Below are positions 1 through 12,100 of a stretch of DNA of 64,000 nt, in pieces. The first letter of the stretch is position 1. Every line of letters starts with the position of its first letter. The DNA lies in assembly GCA_023231475.1 (NCBI GenBank), contig JALJEE010002436.1, forward strand, positions 62,001 through 126,000. Reading direction: 5' to 3'. The stretch comes from Seison nebaliae (taxonomy: Eukaryota). A program made the position numbers and the translations under genes. A model generated the notes under the pieces. The model was not told where the DNA came from and did no database searches. It was given only the letters and a program-made list of their open reading frames with translations.

Positions 1-993
1 TTTGATTGTCGTATGATGCATAATGTCCTTCATTCATCGGATAATTCCTTCCCATATTATTATTACGTCCTTGCATTCCCCCTCCATATGGTGGCATATT
101 TCCACCAAAACTTCTTTCATTATGTCGACCATTCTGACCGGGAGCGGCCATTTTACGGAAACGATTATATGGCATATCTTTCGGAATGGCTTTCTTCACA
201 TCCAAATCGATACTTTTAATTCGATGATGTTTTTCTAAAATAATCTTATCTACTGGATCATAATCGCTATATGTGACAAATCCAAATCCTCGAGGTTTTC
301 TCGTCTCTTTATCCGTCATCAAAACACAATCCAAAATTTCTCCATATTGATTGAAATATTGTCGAAGATCCTCCTCACTGATACCTTCCTTTATTCCTCC
401 AATGAACAATTTCTTCACTGTCATTTGTACTTCAGGTCGACCACTCTCTTCACGTGGCATAGCTCGTTTCGGTTCCACTTCTCTCCCATCGATGATATGT
501 GGACGACTCTTCATCAAAGCATCAACCATCGTTGATCGAGAATATGTGACAAATCCGAATCCTCTAGATCGTTTCGTATGACTATCCTTCATTACAACAC
601 AATCTACCAAACTTCCATATTTCTCGAAATGACTTCTCAATGTATTGTCGTCAGTGCGGAAGTTCAATCCTCCAATGAACACTTTACGAAATTGTTCTGG
701 TTCATCCTGAGAAGAAATCGATTAAAATTAATTTTAAATTTAATACAAACCATCTCTTCCGATTTCCTCAAATCATTACTATTATTATTGTTGTGGTTGG
801 GATTGGCAACGACGACTGGATGGACAACGGGATTGTCGTTCGGCATATTGCTGCCGGAAACATCTAACGAGTTGTTCATATTCGCTTCGTTCTTAACTTC
901 CATATTCGACATATTATTTCGTTCTACTGTTGGTAAGTTTGAATATTCTCCCTCGCCCTGAATATTATTATTAATATTATCTCCTGAAATCAT
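1..993 (-). CDS. hnRNP A1/A2-like (Hrp) two-RRM RNA-binding protein; 3' end lies beyond the window start
   Basis: Exon 993-751 encodes an Asn-rich N-terminus. A 44-nt GTTTGT..CAG intron (750-707) follows, then an open frame to base 1: DEPEQFRKVFIGGLNFRT..RSRGFGFVTY..HIIDGREVEPKRAMPREESGRPEVQMTVKKLFIGGIK..KPRGFGFVTYSDYDPVDKII..DVKKAIPK, followed by a G/N/R/Y-rich tail. This is the classic UP1 tandem RRM pattern. Confidence 0.92.
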
Positions 994-1848
994 CTCTTTT
1001 CAACTTATTTGCTGCGTATCTATAAATTCTTCTCCTTCTACGATCTATATATAATATATCTAATATACGATTACTCGATCTCTTCATTATTCAGAAAATA
1101 CACCTATCATCTCTCTCCCCTCTCCCACAATGTATTATTTATGTGCATTCTTCATTACATGTAGGTACACGATGATGCACCCTTCACCAAACAAACATAT
1201 CAACTTCGGTACAGTTGTACGTGGACAAAAAAAAACATTCCATCAATCCAACTTGTACATGCGAAATTTGATTGGGACAGCGGGAAAAAAGAGAAAGAAA
1301 CAATATATTTCATATGTACCTTCAATACTAATGTATGTACATTCACTTTCTACAACGAGATATTCATGCGAGATATTCAAACAAGCCCTCTCATATCTTA
1401 TCTTATTCGACGTACATGTGTTCTACATTCGCTAATTCGATCACATCGACATCTCTCTCAAACACAAATGAAAATAGGCAGACACAATCAGAAATGAGTA
1501 CAAGATATAACTAAAGTAATAGAGGACAAGAAAATGTTATTTAATGTATCGTGATGGATCGTCCAATAAACAACACGAGTATTCATGGATGAATTTCCAT
1601 TTAAAAATATTTGCAGAATGAGAAAATATAATTTTTGCTAAATAATCAAATTCAAATGTCAAGCTTCACATTGTAATTTGCATGTTATTCGAATCAATTC
1701 ATTTTATTCTCTAATAAACGTTTTTTACCTTTCTTTAAGTATAAAAAATAAAAATGAACATTTAAATTTTTGGCTTTTAATCGAAAATTCAAAAATTTTA
1801 AATTTCTCCATACACAACTTTACATAATATTCTAAAATTTTTTACGGT

Positions 1849-3008
1849 ATGGCATCGAAGAAGATTCGCAGTGAATATAATTTGAATGAATTGAATAAAA
1901 TGGCGAATGAAGTTTGAATTGATCGGATCCGTTCTCCTATAGTGGAATTTGCAGGAAGTTCAATGTTCATTTGAAGGATATGATATTACAGCTGACGATC
2001 GTCACGGAGTTCATTTACTTCTCCATCAAGTTATCCATTATTTGAATTGTGATTGAAAAAAAATTAATTTTCAGAATTTTAAATATTTAAAAGATTTCCC
2101 ATTTGAAGCAGTCACTGGATATTTGATAGAGGAAGGAAGTGCTACAGTTCTGAGGAATGAAGCGGCTGTGGGAACGTCAATTAGGTTGACTGCTCCATCC
2201 ACAACCATTTCCACCGATTCCGAAATGAACGGAAATAAAAAGATGGATGACGAAAAAGATGGCGATGATGATGATGAGGAGGAGGAAGAGGACGATACAG
2301 TTTATGCAGTGACTGGTCTCATTCCTTTACAAATTCGAACGAATTCCGTTAAATTTTAATTTTTTTATTAAAAATTTTTAAAATATCTCATTTTTTCAGT
2401 ATCGAGAAAATTTGTCTCCATTCTTTCGAGAATTAGCTGGAAATGATTCGAAGAATAAGAAATTGTTAGAGAAATTAAACGGATATTTGACACCGGAAAC
2501 TTTATTTTTAATTAATTTACGTTTCTTAAATATTCCGATGCATGTCTTTATGCCCCTCATCAATGAATTAGTGTTAGTTCTAAATTGACTAAATAAAAAA
2601 AAAAGATTAATTCTAATCTTAAAAAAAATTTATTTTAGAGAAAGTGAATATGAGAGTGAATATTTGATTTTAATGTATCGAGTATTCAAAGAATCGAATA
2701 AGAAGAAAAATTCAATAATATATATACAAGATGAATATGAATTATTTGAGAAATATTCCGTGCTCCATTTCACCACGAAACCATTCGATAACATTTCATC
2801 GAATGAGAATATGGGAATAAATATTTCGATGAAGAAAACTAACGATCTCAATAGTGACGTGACGAATAAATCAAATAATGAGAATGATACCGATTATTCT
2901 GTTCATTTAACTGTTTGTGTATTTCCTGTGAATCGTTTGAAAGATGTTTTGGACGAAATGTCGAAAATTTTAGAACGTGAAACATTTGATATAAATAAAT
3001 TAAATTAA
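1849..3008 (+). CDS. BCCIP: BCCIP/Bcp1 family protein (BRCA2- and p21-interacting; ribosome biogenesis), 5 exons
   Basis: ATG at 1849; introns 1912-1954 (or -1942), 2030-2074, 2348-2399 and 2573-2638. The spliced product has EVQCSFEGYDITADDRHGVHLLLHQ, an acidic run followed by VYAVTGLIPL, LINLRFLNIPMHVFMPLINEL and IIYIQDEYELF, which match BCCIP motifs. Confidence 0.8.
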
Positions 3009-4286
3009 TTGAGTTGCCAATAATTCTTTTAAAGTTTCTCTCTTTCGAATTAATTGAATTGAATTATCTTTTTTTATTAACAATTCACTTAAACGAAAAT
3101 GAGAATTGTAATTTGACGACATTGAATATACATATGCTCCACAATTATAAATAGCTAACATGTCATTAATTTTAGCGGAGCCATTCCATTCTTTCCGAAT
3201 CGTATCCGTTTCACATATACATCCAACGATGGAATATCTTTCAAATTCATCAACAGATGATTGACATTCAATATTGTCAATTCGATGATAAGATCCATAA
3301 AACATTGGACGAATAATATGATTGAAACCAGTATTAACTCCAATTAATCGATTATCTTCTTTCACCGTTTGGACGGTAGTGAGAAGAACAGCCGATTCAC
3401 TAATAATCCATTTTCCTGGTTCTATATGAATTTCCAAATGAGGAAAATTCGATAATTTTTTATCTATCAATTTAAATGTCTCCACCATATTCCGATAAAT
3501 CACATCGATTTCATCATTTTCATATGCCACATTAATTCCTCCACCAATATCAATAAATTCGATGGGTCGTTTTTGCATCTTTTCAATTCCATTTTTCCAT
3601 TCCATTACTTGTTGAATGACAGAATTGATGGATTTAGATGCATTAGTCAATTCGGATCCTAAATGGAAATGAATTCCACTCAAATATAAATTATTTGAAT
3701 ATTTTTCGAATAATTTCTCCAATTTTTCAAATTGGTCAAATAATATTCCGAATTTACATTGTCGATAACTCGTATGAATTTTCCTATTCGATGTAATATC
3801 ATCGAATGGGAGTGATGGATTGATTCGAATTCCAAATTTAATTTTTGAATTTTTTGAATTAATTTTATCATATTTTTTCATAATTGATTCCAATAGATTC
3901 ATATCGTCAATTATGAGAATTCCAATATCCATCGAGAAGATTTGTTCAATTTCTTCAAAATTGACACAATTCGGTGTAAATGTAATATTTTGAGAGAGAT
4001 AACCAGATAATTTAGCTATATGACATTCATTCACACTAACGGTATCGATATGATGGATTTGATATGATTTTATTAATTCTAATAATTTTATATTTGAATT
4101 AGCTTTCATGGCATATTTGATGACGAATGGATTTTTAGTGAGATATTGTGATAAAGTTCTTTGTAGAATTTTTATTCGATTCTCGATTATCTCCTCTTTA
4201 TAAACGATGAGAGGTGTCGAATAATTTTTCCCAATTGATCGTAATTGATCAAAAGAGAATTTTGTAGCGATCATCTTTTTGTCCAT
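3000..4286 (-). CDS. lysA: Diaminopimelate decarboxylase (PLP-dependent fold III), intronless, bacterial-type
   Basis: Single 428-aa ORF with YAMKAN (PLP lysine), IRINP, KFGI, HFHLGS, IDIGGG, EPGK, GFNHIIRPMFY, VGCICETD and GAYVYSMSSNYN. The RPxxY and ICE motifs favour DAP decarboxylase over ornithine decarboxylase. Confidence 0.93.
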   Translation of the reverse strand: MDKKMIATKFSFDQLRSIGKNYSTPLIVYKEEIIENRIKILQRTLSQYLTKNPFVIKYAMKANSNIKLLELIKSYQIHHIDTVSVNECHIAKLSGYLSQNITFTPNCVNFEEIEQIFSMDIGILIIDDMNLLESIMKKYDKINSKNSKIKFGIRINPSLPFDDITSNRKIHTSYRQCKFGILFDQFEKLEKLFEKYSNNLYLSGIHFHLGSELTNASKSINSVIQQVMEWKNGIEKMQKRPIEFIDIGGGINVAYENDEIDVIYRNMVETFKLIDKKLSNFPHLEIHIEPGKWIISESAVLLTTVQTVKEDNRLIGVNTGFNHIIRPMFYGSYHRIDNIECQSSVDEFERYSIVGCICETDTIRKEWNGSAKINDMLAIYNCGAYVYSMSSNYNSHFRLSELLIKKDNSIQLIRKRETLKELLATQLI

Positions 4287-4462
4287 AAGGTCATAAAACT
4301 TTTATTTATTTGTTTCGAAAAAGAAGAAGAGAATTATCAAAACATTTTCTTAGAAAAATTGAATTTTATGAATAGAAATTGAAGGAATTATTTTTTGTGT
4401 AAATAAAGAGAATCGGAAAAAAGGAGAAATTGTCGACATGGAAATTTGATGATGAACTTTGT

Positions 4463-7400
4463 TCAAGTCGAATAAATAAACTCAGGATGAGAAGATAAGT
4501 CATTTAAATTTACTCGATTCGGTTTCTTAATTTGACAGAAGAAAAGTGGATGAGGTTCGACTTTTTTTTTCGAAATATTTATCTCCTCGTCCACCAACTG
4601 CCGATGACGTTCACATCGTTCGTCATTATCTTGTTCGATGGCTTCTGGTACATTGACATACATTTGAGAATTCTCTTCACTTATCATGTCATTTAATTCC
4701 AATGAGGAGGATGATGATAATTTTCTCATACGAACTGATTTGAAATCGATATTGTCCTTCGTTCTACGATTCTTTTTCCCTTTCATTATTCCATGTTCAT
4801 TCGAACTACTTAATCGTTTCCTCTGTTTTTTCTCAGATTTTTTATTCTGTTTTGAACTTCGATAATGATGATGACGATGTTGATTATTATGGGATTGTCG
4901 ACGATGATGAGTGTGACTCAAATCTTCGTTCTCATATTGATACATTTCCGTGTTCAATAATAATTGACCTGCAATTTGTTTAATATTTTTGTTGAGTTCT
5001 GCGAATGATGGCCGATGTTCAGCGATCTTATTCCAACAACTTCGCATCAAAATATCACTGTAGAAATTATAAATATTAGGAAACAATTAAATTAATTGAT
5101 GAAATTTTTATTTAAAAAAAAAACCATAATTTTTGTTGAAATTCATCAACGATATTATCGGGAACAGTTAATCGATGACCTTGTCGGATGAATCTGACGA
5201 TATCACTGGGAGTTGTTAAATTCTCGTATGGATTACCACCATAACTCAAAATCTCCCACATCAATACTCCGAATGACCATCTATTTAAATTTTTATTATT
5301 TTATTATTTGAAAATTAATATGAAAATAGAAACACGTCTGATTTGGTTGAGTATTTAGCATATAATATACTTTCAATTGCCATCCATTTCAATGGCATTT
5401 GTCCATCATTCGAACCCATATAATAAGCACTGTTTTTAGCCAGACCAAAATCGGCTATTTTCACATGATTATGAGAATAAACTAAAATGTTCCTCGCCGC
5501 TAAATCTCGATGAATTATCTTCAAATTAATTCAAATATTTAAATAAACTAAATTGAAATAAACTTTTTTCGATGCCAAATATTCCATTCCTTTAGCAATC
5601 TGATGAATGAAATTGAACAATTGGAAAATATTCAAAGTATCATCATCAACAGCATTCTCTAAGATATCGAACGGATTTGTAGATGTCGATGTAAATGTTG
5701 TATCGACATCATCACCATTGCCACTATCTGTTAGAGATGTCGATTGTGAATTTGAAGATTTTATCACAGAGTTCTGACCTTCGTTATAAGTGGCGTAACT
5801 GTTGAATTTTTTACGAAATTGTTTTTCAGAAAAAATTTTATCTTTACGGAAAGAAATTGATTGAGAATTATTCTTGTTCGACGCATTTGATGACAGATCA
5901 TCAACGAGATGATCGAAGAACATATGTTTATCTAATTCGTTTGACTGTGATTCGACGTAATCAGAAAAATCGGTTGATATCGATTTGAAATAAAGAAATA
6001 ATTGATTTCCATATTCATTATATAATTTCATGTCATTATTTCTGGTTAGTGATGATTGTCGAGTATAAAAAACGGATCTCATCGGTTTGTGTCTTTGGAG
6101 ATATTTCTTCAAATCACCATGACGACAATACTCCACGAGAATGAAGAGTGGTTGTTCAATATTTTGAATAAAAGTACAAACGCCAAAAAGTGAGACGATA
6201 TTCTCATGTTTTCCAACATATGCTAAAAGTTGCATCTCTTGAATTAATCCTTTCAATTCTTCCGAATTCACTTCTCCACTTTTCAATTGTTCTGATGTAG
6301 TTCGAATGGAAGTATAATGATCTTTCCCATCTTCATCATTCAACATTTTTACAGCCACATGAAATTTCGATTTTTCTTCATCTTTAAATTTAATATTCGC
6401 TTTCCTCACAATACCGAAAGCACCGTTTCCTAATACTTTTCCCAAATGTATTCGCTCTCGCGGATATTCCCACATCGCTGCAAATTGAATCATTTTCGGA
6501 TATTTATTCAAAATATCAAATTTTGTATCAATTAATTGTTTGATTGATTCTTTCGAATTCTTATGAGAATTATTTTCTTCATTTTCCAATTTCATCTTTT
6601 CATAATTCTTCAAATATCTTTTCTTCAATTCATTCAATTGTTTCTGGAAATTGGCTTCTATAATATTTTGGAGCATTCCATTTTGATATGTTGTCGATTC
6701 TTTTTCATTCGGACATTCACTTCGATGATTTCCTGATTTCACTGCATCTATCGTCGAATGAAGATATGCTGTATTCTAAAAAGAATTTTAAAAATAAAAA
6801 TTGAAAAGTAATTTAAATAATACCTTTTTCATTAATGATGTTAATGAATTGGTGTGATCGATTCCATTTAAATCGAAAGAAAATGAATAATTATTCAAAT
6901 TCTTCTCAATCTCCTCGTCCGTCGGAATGATGAGAGATTCGTTCGATTTCAAATCATTCCGATCCATCATATCCAAATTCGATTTAACTAAATATTTATT
7001 GGTGAAAAATCTTTCCATTGTCGACGAGGAATTGACAGATTTATGTTTCTTCGACGATTCACCGAAACAATTATATCTTTCCAGACAATTCGTTTGTGAG
7101 TAAATGAAAACAAATATTAATAATGGAAATAAAATTACTATGGCCACGATTAATATGATTTTATATTTCAAAAATTTATATGATGCAATTACCGGTTCGA
7201 TCACATTAATCTTCCATTGCAACATACATTGACGATGGTCATTAGTGAAATGATCTGTTCTTACGATATATCGGTAAATTCCTTCGTGTTCTTTCGTCAC
7301 GTTCAGATAAACAGCTTTCAATGATGATCGTCGATTCATTTCGCTCTTCAAATCTTTTGTATCCTAAAACATTCCATAAGATTTTCAGTCGATTAATAAA

Positions 7401-9172
7401 ACGAGGGGAAATGGAGGAAATTTCATTTCAAATTCCACAAATCAAATTTTCATATTAAGACAAATAGAAATGAATCGAAATAAAAAATCATTCAACAAAA
7501 AAAACAAGAGGCGTTCACAAATCACATAAGGAGGTTAGGTTCATCGCGTTTATGGTCAAACGATGGAATCTGTAAATTTCTTACCGTCGCTTCACTTAGA
7601 AATGGATTCTCTAACTGACGTTCCCAAAGATGTTTTATAATAGAAAAAAAGTGAAAAATCATAAATTAAATGAAGTGCATTACAAAAGTAGATAAATTTA
7701 ATGATATATCTTGAATAGAAGACATGTGGTGAAAATTGCTCCATAGCTGGAAAAGTAACTTTCCCATCTTCACTGACACCATTTAAATGAAATGCAAAAA
7801 AAACGAAAATCTTCTAACAACAACAAACCTTAATCTTTTCCCAATTCTTCTTCTTCTCATCAAACATCTCCCATCTCGAATGCACCAAACATGTGCTGTA
7901 ATGGTAAATGGGAACGGTTAACATTCCACCAACTTCTACGTCATATTCAGGAATTGAATCGCAAACAAAACTATTATTTTCATAACGACATGTGGATCCT
8001 TGACAAATGACCGTATCGCAATTATCTAAAAGATTTATAATAGTAATTTAAATATTAATTTGAATTTTAATTCATACCAAACGATAACTAACAAGGTACA
8101 ACGAAAGAAATTGCCAATTCATTTGATTTTCCATAAGAATTCTCATAAATGCATGATAATTTCAAATCGTGTTTCGTGAAATATTGAGTGACTAAAGGTA
8201 TCTTATAAGTGTAATTATTTTCTCGAATCAAAAATGCTTTCTAATACACATAAAATTAATGAAAATATGAAGGAGATGATGGAACTTTTTTAAATAAATG
8301 CAGACGATTAAATTCTTTCCATGAATCGACAACTTCCACTTTTGATTTGTCTCCCACTTTCAAATAAGAATTCTTCACCGTCGAATTTCCCAGACAAACT
8401 AGAAAATGTTGTGTTTGACAATTTATCGTCATATTCTCTTTTGACAGTTCCATGTCGAAGGACAGACTAATCAGTTGTGGTGGTTTCTTTGTGATGTTAG
8501 ATAAGAAATCATAACAATCGTCGGTAGCCGGTGGATTGGCATATAAATCAGATTCATAATCAGGATTATAATCGAATTCATAAGAATTTTTAGACGAAGC
8601 GAACACTTTCTCATCAGCGATATGATAATTTTCTGCATCGCAACAAACTTCAATCTTGAAAATTACAATTAATAAATTTTTCATTAAAAATTTTAATTTA
8701 AAAAGGAAATTCAAAACTTTTCTTCTCTCGTCATTATTGTCATTATAAGTGGCAAAGTGTATAATATTAATATTAAAAAATTTCGATTGATTTCTAAAAT
8801 TTATATCACCAAAACGACATTCATATAATCCCGTTGTTTCTGGTGTGACGATCAGTTGGAGCATTGTATGTTCTTTATTGATCATTTTGAAATTCTTCAA
8901 ATTATTTTCATTTGATGAAATTAATCGATTTCGATGGAACCAATGAGTGTCCATCGTCCTACCTAATCGGTTGACTGCTAAACATTCGATTAATAATTTT
9001 TCCTTTTCAATCGACTGATATTCATGTTCGGGTATTTTCTTATAGAAGACTTTAAATGAAAAGTTAAATTTATTGGAATAAGATGGAATTAACTTTCTCT
9101 TGATTTGATGGATGTGAAGATGAAAATGAGAAATGAGAGCAATATCGGAAATTGTCCATTTGATAAGATCAT
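4463..9172 (-). CDS. FGFR-like receptor tyrosine kinase (signal peptide, Ig domains, TM, split kinase), multi-exon
   Basis: ATG at 9172 gives MILSNGQFPILLSFLIFIFTS (signal peptide). Ig motifs: IECLAV..HWF..GLYECRF and NVTKEHEGIY. TM: IILIVAIVILFPLLIFVFIY. Kinase: WEYPRERIHLGKVLGNGAFG, VAVKML, VGKHENIVSLFGVCT, HRDLAARN, DFGLA, MPLKWMAIES, SDVWSFGVLMWEI, CW..RPSF. Some ectodomain exon boundaries are uncertain. Confidence 0.88.
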
Positions 9173-12100
9173 TTTATTTAAAACTTTTCCTTTGGATCGG
9201 TAAGTTTTGAAGGAGAATATTTAAATGAAGAATCGAATGAATGATGTGCGTGTGTGTTGGTTGGTCGGTTGGTCGGTCGGTTGGTTGAGGAAGGCGAAAT
9301 AAAAAGAAGCCAGTTCTAATTATGCTCACGTATTCATGAAATAATTTAGTTTTAATTGAGAAGAAATTTGTAGGGATTGGAATAGTTGAACATATTAATG
9401 AATTCCGACTTCAATATGATTTACGTCAACTGATTGTTTAAAGGAAATTCTGATGATATTTCCCCTCAAGTTTTATCAAGAAATTTCTAATGTTATTCAA
9501 TTTTCAAATGATCTGAAGAATTGGAAGTTGGTTGGAGATATCAAGCAGAAATTTTAATTATTCCAAGATGTTTATCGAAAGCAACATTCCTGTGTATGGA
9601 ATGTTATCATTAATCTTACAATTATTATTATGTTAGCGAACTCGAAAAGGTTAATTTCCTAAATTAATGATGAATATTAAACATCATTTCCTTCCAAATC
9701 AAACCGAACGACATACCCTCACTCACTGAGAGAGACATATGCATCGAAAAAGATATGTGATTAAATGTTCGATTGAACGGAAGGATATTTGATTCGGTTA
9801 ATGACATAAGTATCGTTGAAGTGGATGATTTTTCAAAGTACGTTTGATAATTGATGGTAAACAATCGACTTATCATTCTTACATATTATCAATTTACCGT
9901 TTTACGGAGAATCAGTCTGATATATTCATCTATGTACCTTCATCTCAAGTGCTTCCATCGTCCATATACGGTCTCTTTTGACCTTCCTCCACAAGAAGAT
10001 AAAGTACCACTACGATTAGAAGTAATCAGGAGAAATGGTGATGTTTCTTAAACAAATGCATTACCGGAAATGAAAGACAATCAGGACAATTAGAATTGAC
10101 ATAGATCTCATGATGTTTGTCAGATCATCCACATTCTTTGTTTCATAGAACGACCACTTTTATGGTTAATGAATGAGAAGTTATTTGTATGTGATTAGTG
10201 GGAAAATATTGAAAAAAATGAACATTTCAATGACATGCAAAAGAAGAAATGTTTGGTAAACAACATTCTCATTTAAATATGATTCATCGGATAATTAGAA
10301 CATAATGATAAATAATCATAAGGATGGAAAGGAAAATTTTTGTTTAGCTTGAAGTATATTCTCTTTGGAAATGTCCATCAATCAACTTGAATGAAATGGA
10401 GAATATAAGATGATATCTTTGAACGATTAATTTTATTAGGGGAATCGCCAAAGATGATAAGTCGAAAATAGCCGCATTAAATAATGAACATAAGGAAAAT
10501 ATTTTTATTTACAATCTCCAAATAAACAGACGAGTTAATCCATTGTGAACTAATGCACTAATGAAGAACATAATGAGATTGGCGGAAGAAAACGAACTAT
10601 ATCATCCTTTCAATTGCAACTACTCGATGAAAGATGTTTTTTGCGGTTCTAGCGTAACTATGATGAGCTTAAGAATGATTCACTACTATCGGAGAAAAGA
10701 ATAAACAGTAGACAATTGGAGATGGATAGAGTGGAAATGATCAGGAGTTAACTATCTCATTACAATGGAAATATAATTATAAGACGTAGGATTTTATGGT
10801 TTCATTCAAAACTACACGAATAATATATCAAATTACATTTATTTGCCATAAACATTGAATTATTGTCGAGTTGGTGGACGGACGGATGGGTGGAGGAGTA
10901 CATAGAACACAACCGTTCCTACTGGTACATCAACAAATATAATAAGTAAATATTTTCAATCATACCTTCCTAACAATATTGATGTACAACGATGTTCAGT
11001 TAGCGAAAGAATCGAAGAATGACATAGGGACTGACTGGTCGAATTTGCCTTCAGTATCATCATCATCATCATTATCATCATGTCGGAGAATGATTGAAGG
11101 AATAGTGACTGTTCAACTTCCGTTACTCATTATATACATATGTTGCTATGTTGATGCTGGTGAAGATGGAAAAGGAAATTTTAATGATAATTATCAAGTC
11201 CATATACGCACGTATGCGAATACCAATTATATTGTTGAACAAATTTACTGGACTAACCGTTGCGAATGATATCGTAACAATCTTACATATCCTATATACA
11301 TTGAAAGTGGATAGTGAGTCGGCCATCAGTCAGTTACAAGACCGGAACATTATAGAATAATTAAGTTTATCATATTTCTTCTTTGATCATGTAAGCTTTG
11401 AGATGAGATTGATCTTGAATATGAGAAGATTACTGTTGTTGGGAAAAGGTGCCTACGATACAAAATCCGTTTTCTCATTCGATTCGACAAGAAAGATTAT
11501 TTTGATAATGAACAATATCTCGAACATAGGCATTCTTGTGGATGATGTGGAGATTCGATTAATTTCCATTCTGAGAAGGAATTATTAATTATGAAGAAAC
11601 TCGAATAAGTTATGAAGTAAATCCGTTTAGGAAGTTGTTCAATATTGATTGCTCCTCTAAATATCCAACACTTATTGACTTAATCATTTTATTGCGTAGG
11701 ATAATGAAGGAAATCGTTCATGTACATATGCTTCCAGATCGTCCGACTGTTAGTTACTTTTATGTCCAGGCGCATTTCCCAACTATCATCACCATCATCA
11801 TGACTGATGGTAGTATGTCTTCCTGTCTATATGTTTTTTCTCATTGAAACAATGAAACGAAAATGATATGTACGTAATTGGGAGGAGAACGGGAGGGATA
11901 TTACATAAGAAGAACGTTTTCTCATCCTTCTCCTCTTCTATTCCCTCCTAATATATTTGTCTGCTAATGCTCCTTAATCACCATCCATCAGTTTGTCTTA
12001 TCTTCAAGTTATTGGAACAAATCTAAACAACATCACTCTCAAAGCAGTATCAGAGAATGAGACTATTCTACAAATATTATTTCAATCGAACACTAAATAG

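Noticed and set aside
13..961. Plus-strand ORFs at 13-961
   Set aside because: Antisense shadows of the minus-strand hnRNP A1-like CDS.
3000..4286. lysA as bacterial contamination, or as an ordinary animal ornithine decarboxylase
   Set aside because: It overlaps a spliced gene, has no neighbouring bacterial genes and has host-like composition. Its motifs (RPMFY, ICETD, MSSNYN) are DAPDC-type rather than ODC-type (GPTCD). Read-level confirmation is still needed.
9240..9290. GT and GGTT/GGTC short repeats just upstream of the RTK ATG
   Set aside because: Short low-complexity tract with no spacer structure; not a CRISPR array or a telomeric array.
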